Shown one piece after another: positions 20,757-35,700 of a DNA stretch of 64,000 nt; within the stretch, counting starts at the first letter, position 1; each line of letters starts with the position of its first letter. This stretch comes from Thalia democratica (lineage: Eukaryota), in assembly GCA_965202585.1 (NCBI GenBank), contig OZ241829.1:13330001-13394000 (forward strand), written 5' to 3'. Made by a program: the position numbers and the translations under genes. The notes below the pieces were generated by a model, which was given only the letters and a program-made list of their open reading frames with translations, did not search any database and was not told the DNA's origin.

Positions 20757-23700
20757 CTGTGTATAAAAACTACATATTACTCAACTGAAATAAGATATAT
20801 ACATATACTAATGTTATATTATAAGTCTTTTATGACTTTCAATTTTTATTTAATGCACTGAAGAGCTGTTTGAGCGAATCTTAGTTTGCTAAATTAAAAA
20901 TTAAAAAAAAATATTACAGACCTCTTGTTGTTTATTAACAAAAAATATTAGAATATGTAGACTCAAATAAAATTACAAAAGGTTTCATTAATTACAATTA
21001 AAGGGTAGCTCATAAAAGTTATTACCATCATAGTGTAAGTAAAGTGATATTTTCAATATAAACAAAACTATTTACCGGTGAAAGCGCTGACGGAAGTGCT
21101 GATCAATCCCTCGGTCCCGTCCAAGTTCTTAGCTGACGTCTGGAAGCTGTACAGGGTCAACGGGGTGAGCCTGGTTATGACGTAACTGTTGCTTTGTATT
21201 CCGTCTATTTTCTCATAAGACTGCGACAACGACATCTTCTTGTTGGCGGCTTGCGACTCGCTAGTGATGTGTAGAGTGTAGGACAGCGACCCTGGGTAGT
21301 AAAAAGTCTTTATTTATGTTACCACTAAAAAGTGTACGGTATTATTATTTTGCTACAGAAGCTTTAGTGAGTTCATAAACGTAAACAAGTTATTTGTGAT
21401 GTTTGTTACCTTAATACAGACTTTTAAAAACAAGTTCTAATGAATACTTTTCCAAATAACATTGTTTAGCTGTTGATGTATGTTGTTAATTTGGTACAAG
21501 TACGTGTAAATTTTCAATGACTATTGCAACTAACTCGCTAGCTTTTTCCAGTTAAGTTCAATCGCAGTTAAGTTTATTGTTCTTGCTGTCAATCCTTCAG
21601 GCGCACTTAAAACTGTATTGTAAGTCAAATTAGTAAGTTTTAAAGTATTCTCATTTAAAAAGAAAAGTATAACAAAACTATTTTAAGTTTCCAAAACCTA
21701 GTTAAAGTTTTCAACAAACAGATATTTACTTAAAAACAAGCTAAACTAAAAAATTTTTTCAAATACAAGTTTTTATAATACAATCACTCACTTGTTCTGT
21801 GGGAAACCCCAACGCTGGCGTCACTCAAAACGTCCCTGGATTTCGCGTGAACGTGCACCGTGCACTTCTCACCCGGGGTCAATCCCCCGACTCGATACTT
21901 CGTTTGCACGGTGGTCTCCTCTCTGTCGTTGGACGATTCAGACTGAATGTGCACTTCGTAGCTTGTTGCACCTTAATTTTTTTTTATGATTAAATCTTAG
22001 TTTTTCACTGATCGAAAATCAAATTAATAACATATTCTTACAAAAGAAAAGTTTTGTTTCTAAAGTTTTAAAACTTTACAAAATTAGTTTTACATCTAAA
22101 GACATTAACTACGGATGATAATATTAACCTGTTGACTTTTTCCATGCGAACTCAATATAATCGACTGACGCGTCGACCACTTGCACTCCTTGTGGCTTTT
22201 CTGGTCCTGGAATAAAATATTTAAATTAAAAGCACTAAGCCAGTTTAGTATACGTTGCCAAATATGCATTTGTTTGAAAAAATTGAAACAAACAAAGTGC
22301 GGTATTTATGAGCTTGAGATATTCTGAAGTGATTTTAATAAGTGAAACTAACTTGTGATGAAAAAAGTAGGCGAGCTCCATTCCCTGCTCTCGCGGTCGA
22401 ACTTGTCAATGGAAGATATTTTGACCTGATACTTTACGCCTGATTCTAAACTGAGGGCAAGCAACTGCTGCTTGTCGTTGTCGGTGGAAAACACGTTCTT
22501 GTTGACAGCAATTTCGTTATCTCCGTTTGTCACTAGCACTTTGTACGACTTTGCACCTTTTTGACAAGTTTTATTATCTTTTTTTAATCTTAGTTTTTTG
22601 AAAACAGCTTTTAATTTTAAGTACTCAACTAATCTTATTTTTTTTTCTAAATAAATAACATAACTATGAAATAATACTTTCAAAATAGGAAGTTGTGTAA
22701 CTTAGTAATGTTTACAAAGACCAGTTATCTTAGTTTGTTAAAAAAATTATTTTGATAACGTACTTAACATTTATATTAAAATATCAAATGTTTGGTATTT
22801 ATAAAAAAAATACATGCACAAACAATGCAACACTTATTTTCAAATTTAATAAAACCTTACCTTTCACAGACTTCCAGTTGATAGTAGCCTCATTTGTATT
22901 GATATCAGTAACATCTACCTCATTCGGTGGTCCGATTACTGTAATGATATTAAAACTAAAAAATTGGGCGAGCAGCTAAAACTTTGACATAAGAAAGATG
23001 AGTTTTTACAAATTTAGATGCTTTAACCAACGCAAACATTAACATCTTCACTGTAATTCGTTCAAGTTATTAATGAATTAACTTAGCTTTTCGATCATAT
23101 CTTTGGTTGCTACATAACACCTTAAAATATTTATACTAATAAAAACATTTGATAGTAGTTAGAATCGTCAGTAAGATTTTTAAAAACATCAAGACTTTTC
23201 TTATGAATAATTTTTTTTGCGAGGCAATTTAAATCGTAAAGAAAATAGAGCAAAACAGTTTCAGTTAATATTTCAACACTAACTCGTGGTGAAGTAGCTT
23301 GGCAAGCTCCACTCAACAGACTGCCTGTTCAGCTTGTCAACTGATGCTATTGTTACTTTATATTCTTCTCCTGCCTGCAACTGTGTAACTATCAATTGCT
23401 GACTCGACCCTCCTGATGACAACTTTTCCTTGCTGATCACAATTTTGTCGTCTGCGTTCGTAACTCGTAATTTGTATGACTTGGCTCCTGTTTTAGTTGG
23501 TTGCTACTGGTTAGACTAGTTATCATTTTTCATAATCACAATGATGTCAAGATTTTATTTTTGAAACTGTTTAGCTTTTTTATTTTTATTATTAGTTTAA
23601 AACTTATTTACTTGAGTGAAGGTATGTCAAACTAAAAAAAGTTTTGAAATATACAACTATTATAAAATTTAAAAATGAACGAACCTTCTATGTGTTGCCA

Positions 23701-26700
23701 TACAATGGTGGCCTTATCAGTGAAAATATTTGAAACTTCTACCTCAGTCGGTGCTTCTAGCACTGTAAAAACATTTTTAAAACATTAAAATAAAAGTTTT
23801 ATTTTAAAATCTAGTTTGTTACAATAAAAAATGTTTTGGTATTTGCAAGGAGTATTCCTTACGCACAGCTGATCTCAACAAAACTAATTTTGGAGACAAA
23901 GTTAATTAAAAATTTATTTATTTACACAAAGGCAACGACGATCCCTTAGGGGTGAAACGTCGTTGCCTTTGTGTAAATAAATAGATTTAATATTAAAGAT
24001 TATTTAACTTATTTTATACATAAAACTGTAACAGTTAACTTTTTGATATATCCTACTGTCTAAAAACGTAAATGTAATAAAAATTAAGCGATGTCACTAA
24101 CAGACTTTTCTAAGTTTTAAAGTTACCACGCTTCAGCTAGCTGAACAAAAAATAACAGAAATGCTCGTTCTTTTACCTCAAAAATACAAGAAACAAATAC
24201 ATTATACATTATATTTCACTCACACGTAGTGAACACGGCAACGGAGCTCCACTGTTCCGACTGCCTGTTGAACTTGTCTATGCTCGCCACCCTTGCCCTG
24301 TACTCTACACCGCTCACAAGCTGGTTCGCTTGCAGGTGCTGCTTGAAACCCGATGATTTGTGCGACACTTCCTTGTTGATCACTATCACGTCGTTTTCAT
24401 CTGTCACCTGCACCTTGTATGACTTCACTCCTGTGTAGATAATATTGTTGTTATATTGATTGTATATATGTTAATATGATATTCTAAGACTTGATGTTTA
24501 TAGTTTTTAAAGGCAAGTTTACTTGTTTATAAATTAATAGTTTTGTAATCTGCAAATAGCCATATATTTTGTTTTATCCCGGCATGTACTTAACAAGACA
24601 CAAGTGTAAACCAGTATTAAAAAAGCTTATAAACTTTTTTTTTCTTTCTTTTGAATGAAAAATTACTTGTTATTAGAATATAAAACTACCTTTAATTGAG
24701 TCCCAGGTCAATTTTGCAGCTTCCGCTATTATTTCAGAAACTTCCACTTTTCTCGGAGGCTTAATCACTGTTTTTAAAATAAAATTTATAAATTTTCTAG
24801 TTGATAGAAATTACTAAGTTGCAGATCATATTTATTACAGGTATTATCTCATAACATACATGATAACATGGAGATGACATTTATGTTTTGAAATATGTTT
24901 TCACATATATTACACTAGTTGTTAAATTACGAACATACAAGAAAAACAAACCAACAATCTAAAGAAACATATATAAAATAAGTTATTAATAACACACATA
25001 ACTTATATACTAACAAGTAGTGAAGTATTGGGGTCTGCTCCATTCCCTGCTCTGCCTTCCCATCTTGTCAACGCTCGAGATCCTCACCTGGTACTCCTGA
25101 CCTGGTTGCAGTCCTTGCGCTTGGACCTGCTGTTTGAAGTCTGACGTTGCCGCCATCTCCTTGTTCATGAACGTCTCCCCGTCCGTCTTCTTAACCAGCA
25201 CTTTGTAAGATCTCGCTCCTTTTGAAAGTGTTATTATTTTGAAATCAGATTAACACAAAAATACAAGAACTTTTTAATTGAAAAAATTGTATTATCATTT
25301 TCTTACTAGAAAAAAATGTACAACAGTACTACAAAAAGATTATTTTGCAGCTTTTTAAGTAGTATTAATTTTTAAATACATTGTAACACGCGAAAGTTTA
25401 AAGTTAATAAGAGTTGTTTTTTCTTTATAAAAAAATAGTGTGATAAGTCTGTCTCATTAGAGAAAAGGCTGCAACAATATTTTTTGCAAGGCTAAAAAAA
25501 TCCAAGAAATAGCTTACCTTGTATGCTGCCCCAAATAATTGAAGCTTTTTCAGTCGTCACATCTTTGACTTCTATTTCGTTTGGCGCATCTAACACTGAT
25601 TAAAACAATGAATTTATTTTATTTGAATCAAATTATAAACTGTTTGTAATCAAATATTTTTATTATTACCATAAGCAACTCTTTGAAAGGTTTAAGTTTT
25701 TTGATCAAAAAACAGTGACTTGTTTTATTACGTAAAACTGATTATTGTACTGAAATAGTAGAAATGGCAAAGAAAACTTTTAAATACTAGTTAATTTAAA
25801 GTTTATTAAACACACTATCCTCATGTTTTAAACACTTAATAGTCAACCCTGCTTCAAAAATTACACTGATTTCGAATTGTAAAGACATATTCACTTGGCA
25901 GCTTCAAAAAATTATATTGACTTCGAGTTTAAAAGGCATAGATAGTTGTTTTAAGTTATAGTTAAAATGTGACTGCAGTAGAACAAAAAATTAATGCCCT
26001 ACTAGCTGCCTTCTAAAAGTATCTTAAATTAAATACAATGCCCTACTAGCTGCGTTATAAAATATATCAGCACAAACTTGTGGTGAAGTAAATCGGTGAG
26101 CTCCACTGCCTGCTCTGCCTGTCGAACCTGTCGACGGTGGATATTTTCACCTGGTACTCCACACCACTGTGCAGCCCTGTTACCAGCAACTGCTGCTTGT
26201 TCGAGTTCAGGGAAAACACCTCTTTCTGGACCACCGTCTCCATGTTTTCGTTTATCACTTGCACCCTGTACAGCTTGGCCCCTGTTTGAAAATATGTGTT
26301 AAAAAACAGAAGTAATGATAAAAAATTTTATTTGTTATGTTATTCTTATTCTTAAATTATACATACTTTAAAAATAATTGAAAAAAAGTATTAATTTAAA
26401 CATGTAAAAGTAAACATTTTTAGCGTAACTTATAAATTATTGATTAGTTATTGGAAGCCTTAAATTCTACTACAAACTAGATAATTGTTATTGTTTTACA
26501 AACCTTTAACTTGATCCCACGTTACTGTAGCTTGGTCAGTTAGAACTTCCAATATTTCAACCTTTTCTGGCGGTCCCAGCACTGAAGAAAGTAAAAAAGA
26601 CTGTTAGTAAAGTCAAGTTAATAAAAAAATAGATCAAGTCATGAGACTTAAAAAGTTGTAATTTCATCTAACTTGTTGCGTATTTATAAAAAAAAAATTA

Positions 26701-29700
26701 TATTTTTCAATAAAAACTTATTTTTGTTATTTAAAAAACGGTAGTTTCTTTATAGATGAAATAGAAATTTAAAAAACATTAATAAAGGAAATAGGCAATG
26801 AAATTTACAGATAATTAACAATAACGTCATAGCAGTGCTTGCATTAAATAACTTAGTCTACCTACTAGTATAAACAAATTTGTTTTGAAGTGAAAGCAGT
26901 TTTAAGTGTGACAGCAAACTAATGAGCAAAAAAAAGTTAAAAAAATGCACAAAATATAATATTAACATAAAATAAATTTAACTTTTGAGTTATTCCTACT
27001 ACTAGTTTTTCTACAAACGAACTAGTCGTGAAGTAAGCGACGGGGCTCCACCCTCTCCCCTGCCTGTCAAACTTGTCAACGGGTGTTACCCGCACCTGGT
27101 ACTCCTTACCAGCTTCCAGGTGGTCCAACCTAAACTCCTGGTCCTCCTGGCTGGTCGCAGCCACCTCTTCATACTCTTCGTCGGTTCCACTGGACAGGTG
27201 AATCTTGTACTTGACAGCTCCTGAGTAGTGCAACATAAGTTTTTAAAAAAATCAATCAGTTAGTTGTAAAAAAATTTTTTGCAAAAAAATCAGCTGTCAA
27301 GGAAAAATTCGCTTAAAATTAAAACTTGTCAAAAAATTCTTAAAAATTTTTGTAAATGGTTGGAAAAAATTAGAGACAGCTTCAGCTTTACACAGACTCA
27401 GTTGATAAAGAAAAAGTAGCTTTCAAAAGTATTATAAAACTTCTTCAAAGAATAAAAAACATTAAGAAACAACTAACCCTCGACACTCTTCCAACTGATA
27501 GTAGCTAGGTCGGTGTAAATATCAAAAACTTTTACTTCCTTCGGCGGATCCAACACTGTAAAATATAAACTCATTACAATTTTACTGAGTTTACGATTAA
27601 GCTTAGAAGTAAAAGGCTATTTATTTTTTAAAGCTTTTTAGTTAGACTTCTGCTACAAAACATCTAAGAAAAAGCTAGTATTCTACCAATGCGTTAGCTT
27701 ACATGTTGTGAAAGTTTCCAGTGAGCTGAAGGTCTTGCTCTGCCGATCGAGCGCGTCCACGGAGGCGATCTCGACGTGATAGGTGCTTCCCGCTTGCAAC
27801 CCTTCAACCTGCAGCTGCTGCTTCCTTCCCTCCACCTTGAAAGCTGGCATCTTCTTGTCCTGGACGCTCGTCCCTTCGTCGTTCTTCACTCGGATTCGGT
27901 ACTCAACAGCTCCTAAAGTTTGTTTTTACTATTCAACTAATCTATGATTCGTCTTGTTTGTTTAATAAGTTTTTTTTAAACTGCTTACTTAAATTATACT
28001 TTGTTTCACGACAACTTGCGTTTAACTAGCCGTAATAAAAAACAATTTAAAGATTAAATTTTCAAATCATTATCAAAAAGTTTGTAATGAACAGCTTTTT
28101 TTTTTGTTTAAACTATTAATTGCATTTAATTAAATGTTAATTTTACAAATTTTCAAATTTTACCTTGTATATGACTCCACAGCACAGTTGCTTTATTGGA
28201 GAATATTTTTGTTATCTCAACTCCCTTCGGTGGGCCAACCACTGAAAAGAAAATTTAATTTTTATTTTGAATGTTTAAAACACCATGTAATTTTTTTTAT
28301 GAAGCACTTTACGATAAGTATCTAATAAGTATAATTAAAATTACTTGTAGTGACAAATACAGGGTCGCTTTGTTGGCTCTCTACTTTTTTACTGTCCAAT
28401 GACGTCACAGTGATCTTGTACTTTGTGCCGGCAACCAGGTTTTCCGTCAACTGAACCTCAGACTTCTGAGAATCCGCGGTGAATTTTGCCGCCTTGCCGT
28501 CTGGCTGGTAGTACACTCGGTATCCGGAAGAACCTTTGATGTTAAATAATTTACATACAAATTTTTATATTATAAAAACTGAATAGATTGTGGTAGATGC
28601 TTTTAAATATCTGTTTTTCACATTTACTTTTACTTAAAAAAGTGTCTTTAAAAAGTGCTGTTCACTTTAGTTAAATAAAGCCAAACATAAATATTAAAAA
28701 AGTTAGTACTGAAGTCAAACTTTTTAACTACTTTTTTCTGTAATTAACTCTTATAAAAGTATTTACCTTTAAAGTCGTCCCAATCAAGTCCTATTGAGTT
28801 CGTGTCAACTGAGGTTGACTTGAGTCTTTTGGGAGATAGAAGCTCTGCAAAATATCAATTTAAAAACATTAACATTTAACATCGTGCAGAACAAGTGACC
28901 GTCGTAAATAAAAACAGTATTCTAGTTGTTTATGTGAAATGTTACAGACCAGTAAAAACTGACCGATTTGATGTACAAATGATGAACAGCAAACCAGTGA
29001 AAAAAAAATCTAGTATTTGATGTATTTTTTTTTGTTAAATATGTGAACTGCAGAACAACAGACCGGTGAATACGGTGAGAACCTTGCTGCTTGTGCTTAT
29101 CTTTCCCCTCACCCCAACTGAAGTGATGCGGAACGCGTACTCGGTCTGCTTCTTCAGGTCTTTCAGGTGGTACGGGTTCTTCGTTGTTTCCAGTTTCCTC
29201 GTTTGGTCGTTGTACTCGTAACTTATCTCGTACTTTATCGCTCCTTGTAGAAAAATATATCAAAATATACAAACTGTAGTCTTGTTAAAAAAGGACAGAT
29301 AAGCTTTAAAGAACAAAGTTATATGAGCCCCTTACAGTAATCTTTTTTATTTTAATTATTTACATACCTTGCATGTTTTTCCAGGACAAAGTGATAAAGT
29401 CTTCGCCCAAATCGTCATATTGTAATACATTTGGACTAACAGGGTCTAAAATATAGTTATCATTAATAGCTTTGAAAGGTTTTTATTATCTTTAGTAATT
29501 TTATAATTCGATTAATAATATGCTGTTTAATGTATAAATGATGAAAAAATAAGAAAAAGTTCTGTTTTAAAATTTCTACTTATTTATTAACTTTTTTTTA
29601 AACAAACATGTAAGCCTAGCGTTAAGTTCAGAACTTAATATAAACTGAATTAATATATTAATAGTCATTACATTAAAAACAAAAATTAGGCTTGGCTAAA

Positions 29701-32700
29701 AGCTTACTTTTTAGTTAAAAATAATAAATCGTTTGCTAATAATAACTTTTAACCGAAAGAACAGTTCAAAAAGGCAAGTTTATTTTTTTGAATTTTAAAC
29801 AAAATCAAAACAGTTTGCTGTATTTGATTTATATTTTCACAACAAACCAGTGACGAGTTTTCATCTGTTTGAAAAAAGCATCCAGTTTTGATGAAAAATA
29901 GTTCTAAACACGAAAACTAATTTGAAGTTGAAAATTTAACTTTTCAGACTCCAAAAAATAAAAAACACCTGATACTTTTCATATTTATGCACATATGTTA
30001 TTTTACCAGTGACGAGCGTGATCGGTTTGCTCAACTCGCTGGTGTCGTTCGCCCTCCCGTTGGTCACCACCCTGAACTGGTGGGCCATCCCGCTCACGAG
30101 TCCCGTTATCACCGTCGCTCCCTCCTCCACCGTCCTCCGCAGCATCCTTTTCGTTCCCATCCGCTTGTACTCCACCGTGTAGCTCACTCCGCCTTCGGAA
30201 AAAACGAGTTTTAAGAAATATATGAGTTTTAGTTTTTTTCGCATCATTAAACAAAAGGCTTGTAACAAAACTGAATGGTTTGTTTAAGTACTTTATTGTT
30301 TTTATTAAAAAATTTAATGTTTTATTAAACTGCTCACCGTGAACTTTGTCCCACGCGAATGAAGCTTGAGAGTGGGTGATCTTTCCAACTCGGAAGTTAG
30401 TGGGAGGCGATGGTTCTGAAAAAGGTACAAAATAAAAACATAAACACGATAATCTAATTTAAATAAAACCGTGGTTTACATCATAAGTAAAATCATGTAA
30501 ATCTAAAAAATAACAAATTTTTTTTTTCAATTTTGTATAAAAAAAACATCAAACTTGTGTAAATTTCGAAAACTGTGCTTCCCGGGTCAAGCTTAACACC
30601 GTCTTCGTACGCGTATATTGTGACGTCATACAAGCTGCCGGGCTGCAGGTTTTTCACGTCGAGCGACGTCGAGTTGGTGCTGAAAGTCTTGTTGGTGTCC
30701 AGGTCCAGGTTTCTCATGAAAATTTCGTAACTTTCCATGCCTTATAAATAGTTAAGTTAAAATTATGCGATTGAGTTTAGATTATACTTAGATCAAAATT
30801 TAGCATGATAAGTAGAGTATTGATATAAGTTTTTAATATAGTATTAAATTAAAAATATTTATTTTAAACCTTCAAGCGCATCCCATTCAAGATTTACGAA
30901 GTCCGTTCCAAAGTCAACAGCTTGAATGTTTTCCGCTGATGACGATACTGAAAAAAAGTGCTAAAAATGTTTAAAGATTAACAAGTTGAATATTTTTAAG
31001 TGTTTCAGTAAAACATATTAAAATTAAAGCAAAGTAAAAACATTAGCTCATTTAAAAAAAAAAATGTTATTTTTGAGTATTTTTCAAGCTTTTGTAAAAG
31101 TTTTGCAACTTAAGGTCGAATATTTTAACTTAATTTAAAAATATATCTAGCTAACGTGTCTTCTGGGAAAGCTGAGCGCTCTTTTTGCTGTAAACTTCTT
31201 CGTAGTTGATAGTCCTGACAACAACGTCATACTCGACCCCCGGGGTGAGGAACTCCGCGAGAGCTTCGGTCTCGTTTGAAAAGATCTGCGTCTGAGTGAA
31301 GTTCAGCTCACCGTTCGAGATCTCCAGAGAGTATCCGGCAGCTCCTGTGTGCAAAGGATAAGTTTTTTTAACTTAAATTACTGAAACCTGTTATACAAAT
31401 CAAATTTTTGAGATTCAGTTAGTTGATGTACGTTAATTGTCTGGTAGCTCCTGTAAGCGAAAAATTGAATATTAAATAAATTAAGTTTCCAAAACTTGGC
31501 ACACAACTCAGAGAATATAATAGTTAGGGAAAAAATACGTATACGAAATTACCTTCAACTTCAGTCCATGTCACTTTGAAGGTTGTGGCTTTTACTTGTG
31601 ACGTCGAAACGATTGCGGGAGGCAAGCAAACTGCAAATATAAACTTTATGAAAAATTTTGTATGCTTCTTAATAGAAACGGTATATATTTATATTTTCTA
31701 TAGTAAACTTTATAATAAACTTTATGAAAAAAAATGCATATACCAAATTGGTGTTTTCGCGTGTTATTTATAAGTCTCAATTTTCTCTACTTGTTAGCTT
31801 TAAAAGTTTCAAACATTCTTGAAAGTGAAAATAATTATTTTTGAAAAAGTAAATTCAACAAACAAACCTGTTTGTCTCGTCACGACTTCGCTGTGGGCGG
31901 GGTTCATTCCGTCGTGCTGATGGGTCGCCTCACCGAAGGAGAAAATTTTGAAAGAGTACTCGGTTCCCGGATCGAGACCCTCTACCTTGTAGTAGGTGAA
32001 CTCGGTTCGGATTATTTTCGAGGAGTTTCCCGCTTCGGTCGGTGAAACACGCAGACTGTATGACACCGCTCCTAAAGGTGTTAGAAAAGCTAATTACAAA
32101 AATAAATCGAAAAATGTTTATTGTTCATGGTTGTTTGTAGAAAAGGAGAAGTTATTACAAGAATTTTTTCATTACACACAGAGAAAAAAAAAACATAATT
32201 TTCATTCTAGTTTTTTTCAAACATACAATTTATTTTAAAATAAAGGTATACTAATGCTTTATTACCGTTCAAAAGCAACTAAAAAATTGAATTACAAATA
32301 AACCTTTTTGATTGGTCCAGGTGAGAACGGCGGAAGTTGTTGTGACGTCAGTAACGTTTACTTCAGCCGGTGCATCGGGCACTGTTTTTATAAAAACTTT
32401 TTAATATAATCAAAACGATATTAATATTTTGAAGGTGAAGTAGGAATCAGTTTTAGATTATTCTTTCTAATTCAACTATCGTAACTTAAATTTTACAATG
32501 AATAAATTTTAAATGATGTTTTTAAGTATGAGTGAAGAAAAGTGAAACTGTTTATAAACTTTCACGTAAAGTCAAACTATGGTTCTGTTAATACTTGTAC
32601 AAAAATTTACAGCAACAATCGCAACTTACGAGTGACTTCTTTCAGCACATCCGACGGGTCTCCCCTCGAGTTGCCGATGCCGAGGGCCAGCACTTTCGCG

Positions 32701-35700
32701 AAATACTCGGTACCGGGTTCCAGGAAGTCGAACCTCATGCTGGTTGCCATGGTTTCGTGAACTTCCACGTTGTCCTTCAGCCCCTCCTTGGTCAGCTGCA
32801 CCTCGTACATTTGCACCCCTGCGAAGTAAATTGTTTAAAAATTTGATTAATATTTTTTTTCAACTAATCTTTCTAAAATTTAGTTCAAAATCAGATTAAA
32901 TGCCGTAATTTGCAAACTAAGCTTTGTATATTTTCCCTAAAAAAATTACAAAAATTTCAAAAGCATTGTTGAAATATATCTAATTTGTTTTGAAACATTA
33001 AAAAATATTTTTTTTTACACATTTATGAACACTAACCGTGTACGCCGTTCCAATCAAGCTTGAAAGAATTCGGTGTAATTTCGGACGAAGTCAGGTTCTC
33101 TGGGGCTAATATTCCTGCAAAACAAAAAATTTATACTCAGTCATAAATTTCTGAAATGATCAATTATGGCATACTGCACTCTATTTTATATGTTTTACAT
33201 GTAAATGAAAAAAAACCATAAGTTATCTAAAACTTTTTAAATAGTAGAAAATTCAACCTACCAGTTTGCACCTTCACAGGCTCACTGGCTTGGTGATTGA
33301 AAATCGAGTTAATGCCAATGGATTTTACTCTTATCTCGTATATTTGGCCCGGCTTCAACTTTTTGAGCTCGTAACGTGACAGTTTCGATGAAAACTTTTT
33401 GATTGGCAGGTCTTTAGAATCGATGGCCTCGAGTATTATCTGGTACTCTTCAGCTCCTATAAAAAGTATTATAAAAAAAGTTTTATTAACTTTTTGTGTG
33501 TTTTTTTTTAATAGCATAACAAGTTAAATATGGTATCATAAAATTTATTTAAATATACAATTGGACTGGTTTATAGCAAAAATTGTAAAGTATATGCTCA
33601 AATAAAGTTTTTAAATTGTTTTTAAAGTATATTTAGTGCAAACCTTTTACAGTGTTCCAGTCTATGTACACGGATTTCTTTGTGACGTCATAAACGCGTA
33701 AGTTTGTCGGAGTGGCAGGAGCTGTGAAATATCAAAATAAAAGTAAGAACCTATTTTAAATAAAACTAATTAATGATGAAAAAAAAAGCAACACTAAACG
33801 TGTGGTAGAACTAGATAAAATTGCTTCATTTAAAAATGATTTTTTTACAAACAAACACCAAAACACGTAAAACAAACTCGTAGTGACGAGCATCTGCTCC
33901 GTGGCGCCTCCAACAACGAGATCGTCCATCGCCACGCTCCTCAACTCGAACCAGTACTCGGATCCGGCATCTAATTTTTCAACCGCTAGGTGGGCTTCCT
34001 CGGTTCTCAACGTGTCGGTTTCATCGCTGTCGGTCGGCCCGTACTTGATTATGTACGTCTTCGCACCTACACAACAGTATTAAAGCTTGGACATAAATCA
34101 ATGTACTTAAAAAGCATTTCTATGCAGTTCCGGCATATGCTGTTTAAAAAACCGTTGTAAATAAGTAGTTAAGCTTTATTTTGTTGTAGAAGTAAGATTT
34201 TTATTTTTGTAAGAAATACTACACAAGTGTGGTAACAAGGAATAAATCTTACCGCGCGATGGGGTCCAAGACACTGTTATTGAGTTTGTGGTCGAGTTTG
34301 TAACTTGAACGTTAGTTGGTACGCTTGGGACTGTTACGATAAAATTATATTAAAATCTTAGGAATACTTTTATTAAATTAAAGATCTAAATTCATTGATT
34401 ATTACCTAAAAATCCAAAGAAAATTATTATTTAAAACACGCACCCGTCTGAACGCTGGTCAGTTTCGTTTCCGTCTTGCTCAGCATCCCCTCGTGGTCCG
34501 ACGACCTGACCCGCAAGTCGTACATGACCCCCGGCTGCAGCTCGTCCACCACCAGTTTCGATTCCGGGGAATTCATGGTCTGCTGCAGCTCGTTGTTGTC
34601 GTGAGAGTCGATGATGAGTTGGTAGTCGCGCGCACCTGCGAATAAAAACTCACTTGTGCAATACGGTTAAATAAAAGACATTTTTTTAATTTTTTAATAT
34701 TATCAAAAAATCATTACAAGCAAGTTTTATTTATCAAAAATTTTAATAATTCACTACCGTTTGAAGGTGTCCACAGCACACTCAATGTAGTCTCACTTTG
34801 ATCGAACACTTCTATGTAGCTCGGTGGGTTTGTTCCTATCAAAGTAAAATTATTAATATATAAATATTAACATAAACAAGTTGAACATAAATTCTGATAA
34901 TTTTCTCTTAAAAAATAAGTAAAAATGAATACAAAAGGAATTAACTCTAATAGAAAATTTTCAAAAACTTAACACTTTAAGTAACTCACTCGTTTGCACT
35001 TTGAGCTTGTTGTTTCTGCGGTACACCGTCCCGTTCGTTCCCAAACTCTCCACTATGACGTAATAGTGCTCGCCGGCTTCCAGTGACGCAACTGTTGTTA
35101 CATTCTCCTCCGTCACCAAGCTGCCGACAATGCTGTCCTGCTCGTCCACCCACAAGACTTCGTAGGATTGAGCTCCGTGCACCGAAGACCACTCCAGCGC
35201 GATGGAGGAGTTTGTTCTCTTGTCGAAGCGCACGTCGTTTGGCGGTAGGGGAGCTAGAAAGTTAATAATATGAAAATCTTAGGGTTCAATTAGTTAAATA
35301 ATTTCGAACTTATTTTTGTCAAGAATTCAAAAGACTTTGAAAAGTTGATCTTTAAAGTAAAGCTGCAACAAAGTAAAAAAATATTCTTTAGAAATATGAA
35401 TGTAATAAACTTGTATTATAAAGTTTGAAAAATAATCTAGTCAGGATCAAGTTCTAATACAGAAAACATTTTACCTGTTTGCTGTGTGAGGTTGGTGCTC
35501 GTGATGGAGTTCCTCACCTGGAATATTCCCACCGACGTCACCTGGAACTGGTACTCCGTTCCCGGTTCCAGGTTGTCAGCCTTGTACTTCTGAATGGGAG
35601 TCTGGAAGAGCACTTCTTCCTGAGTTTCCAAGTTAACCGTCTTGACCTCGTACGTCCACGCGCCTGCGAAAAGTTTCAAAGTGCTGCTTACTTTACTATT

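Noticed and set aside
23941-23957. TTAGGG within a hairpin loop as a telomeric seed
   Set aside because: Only a single unit, with no array.
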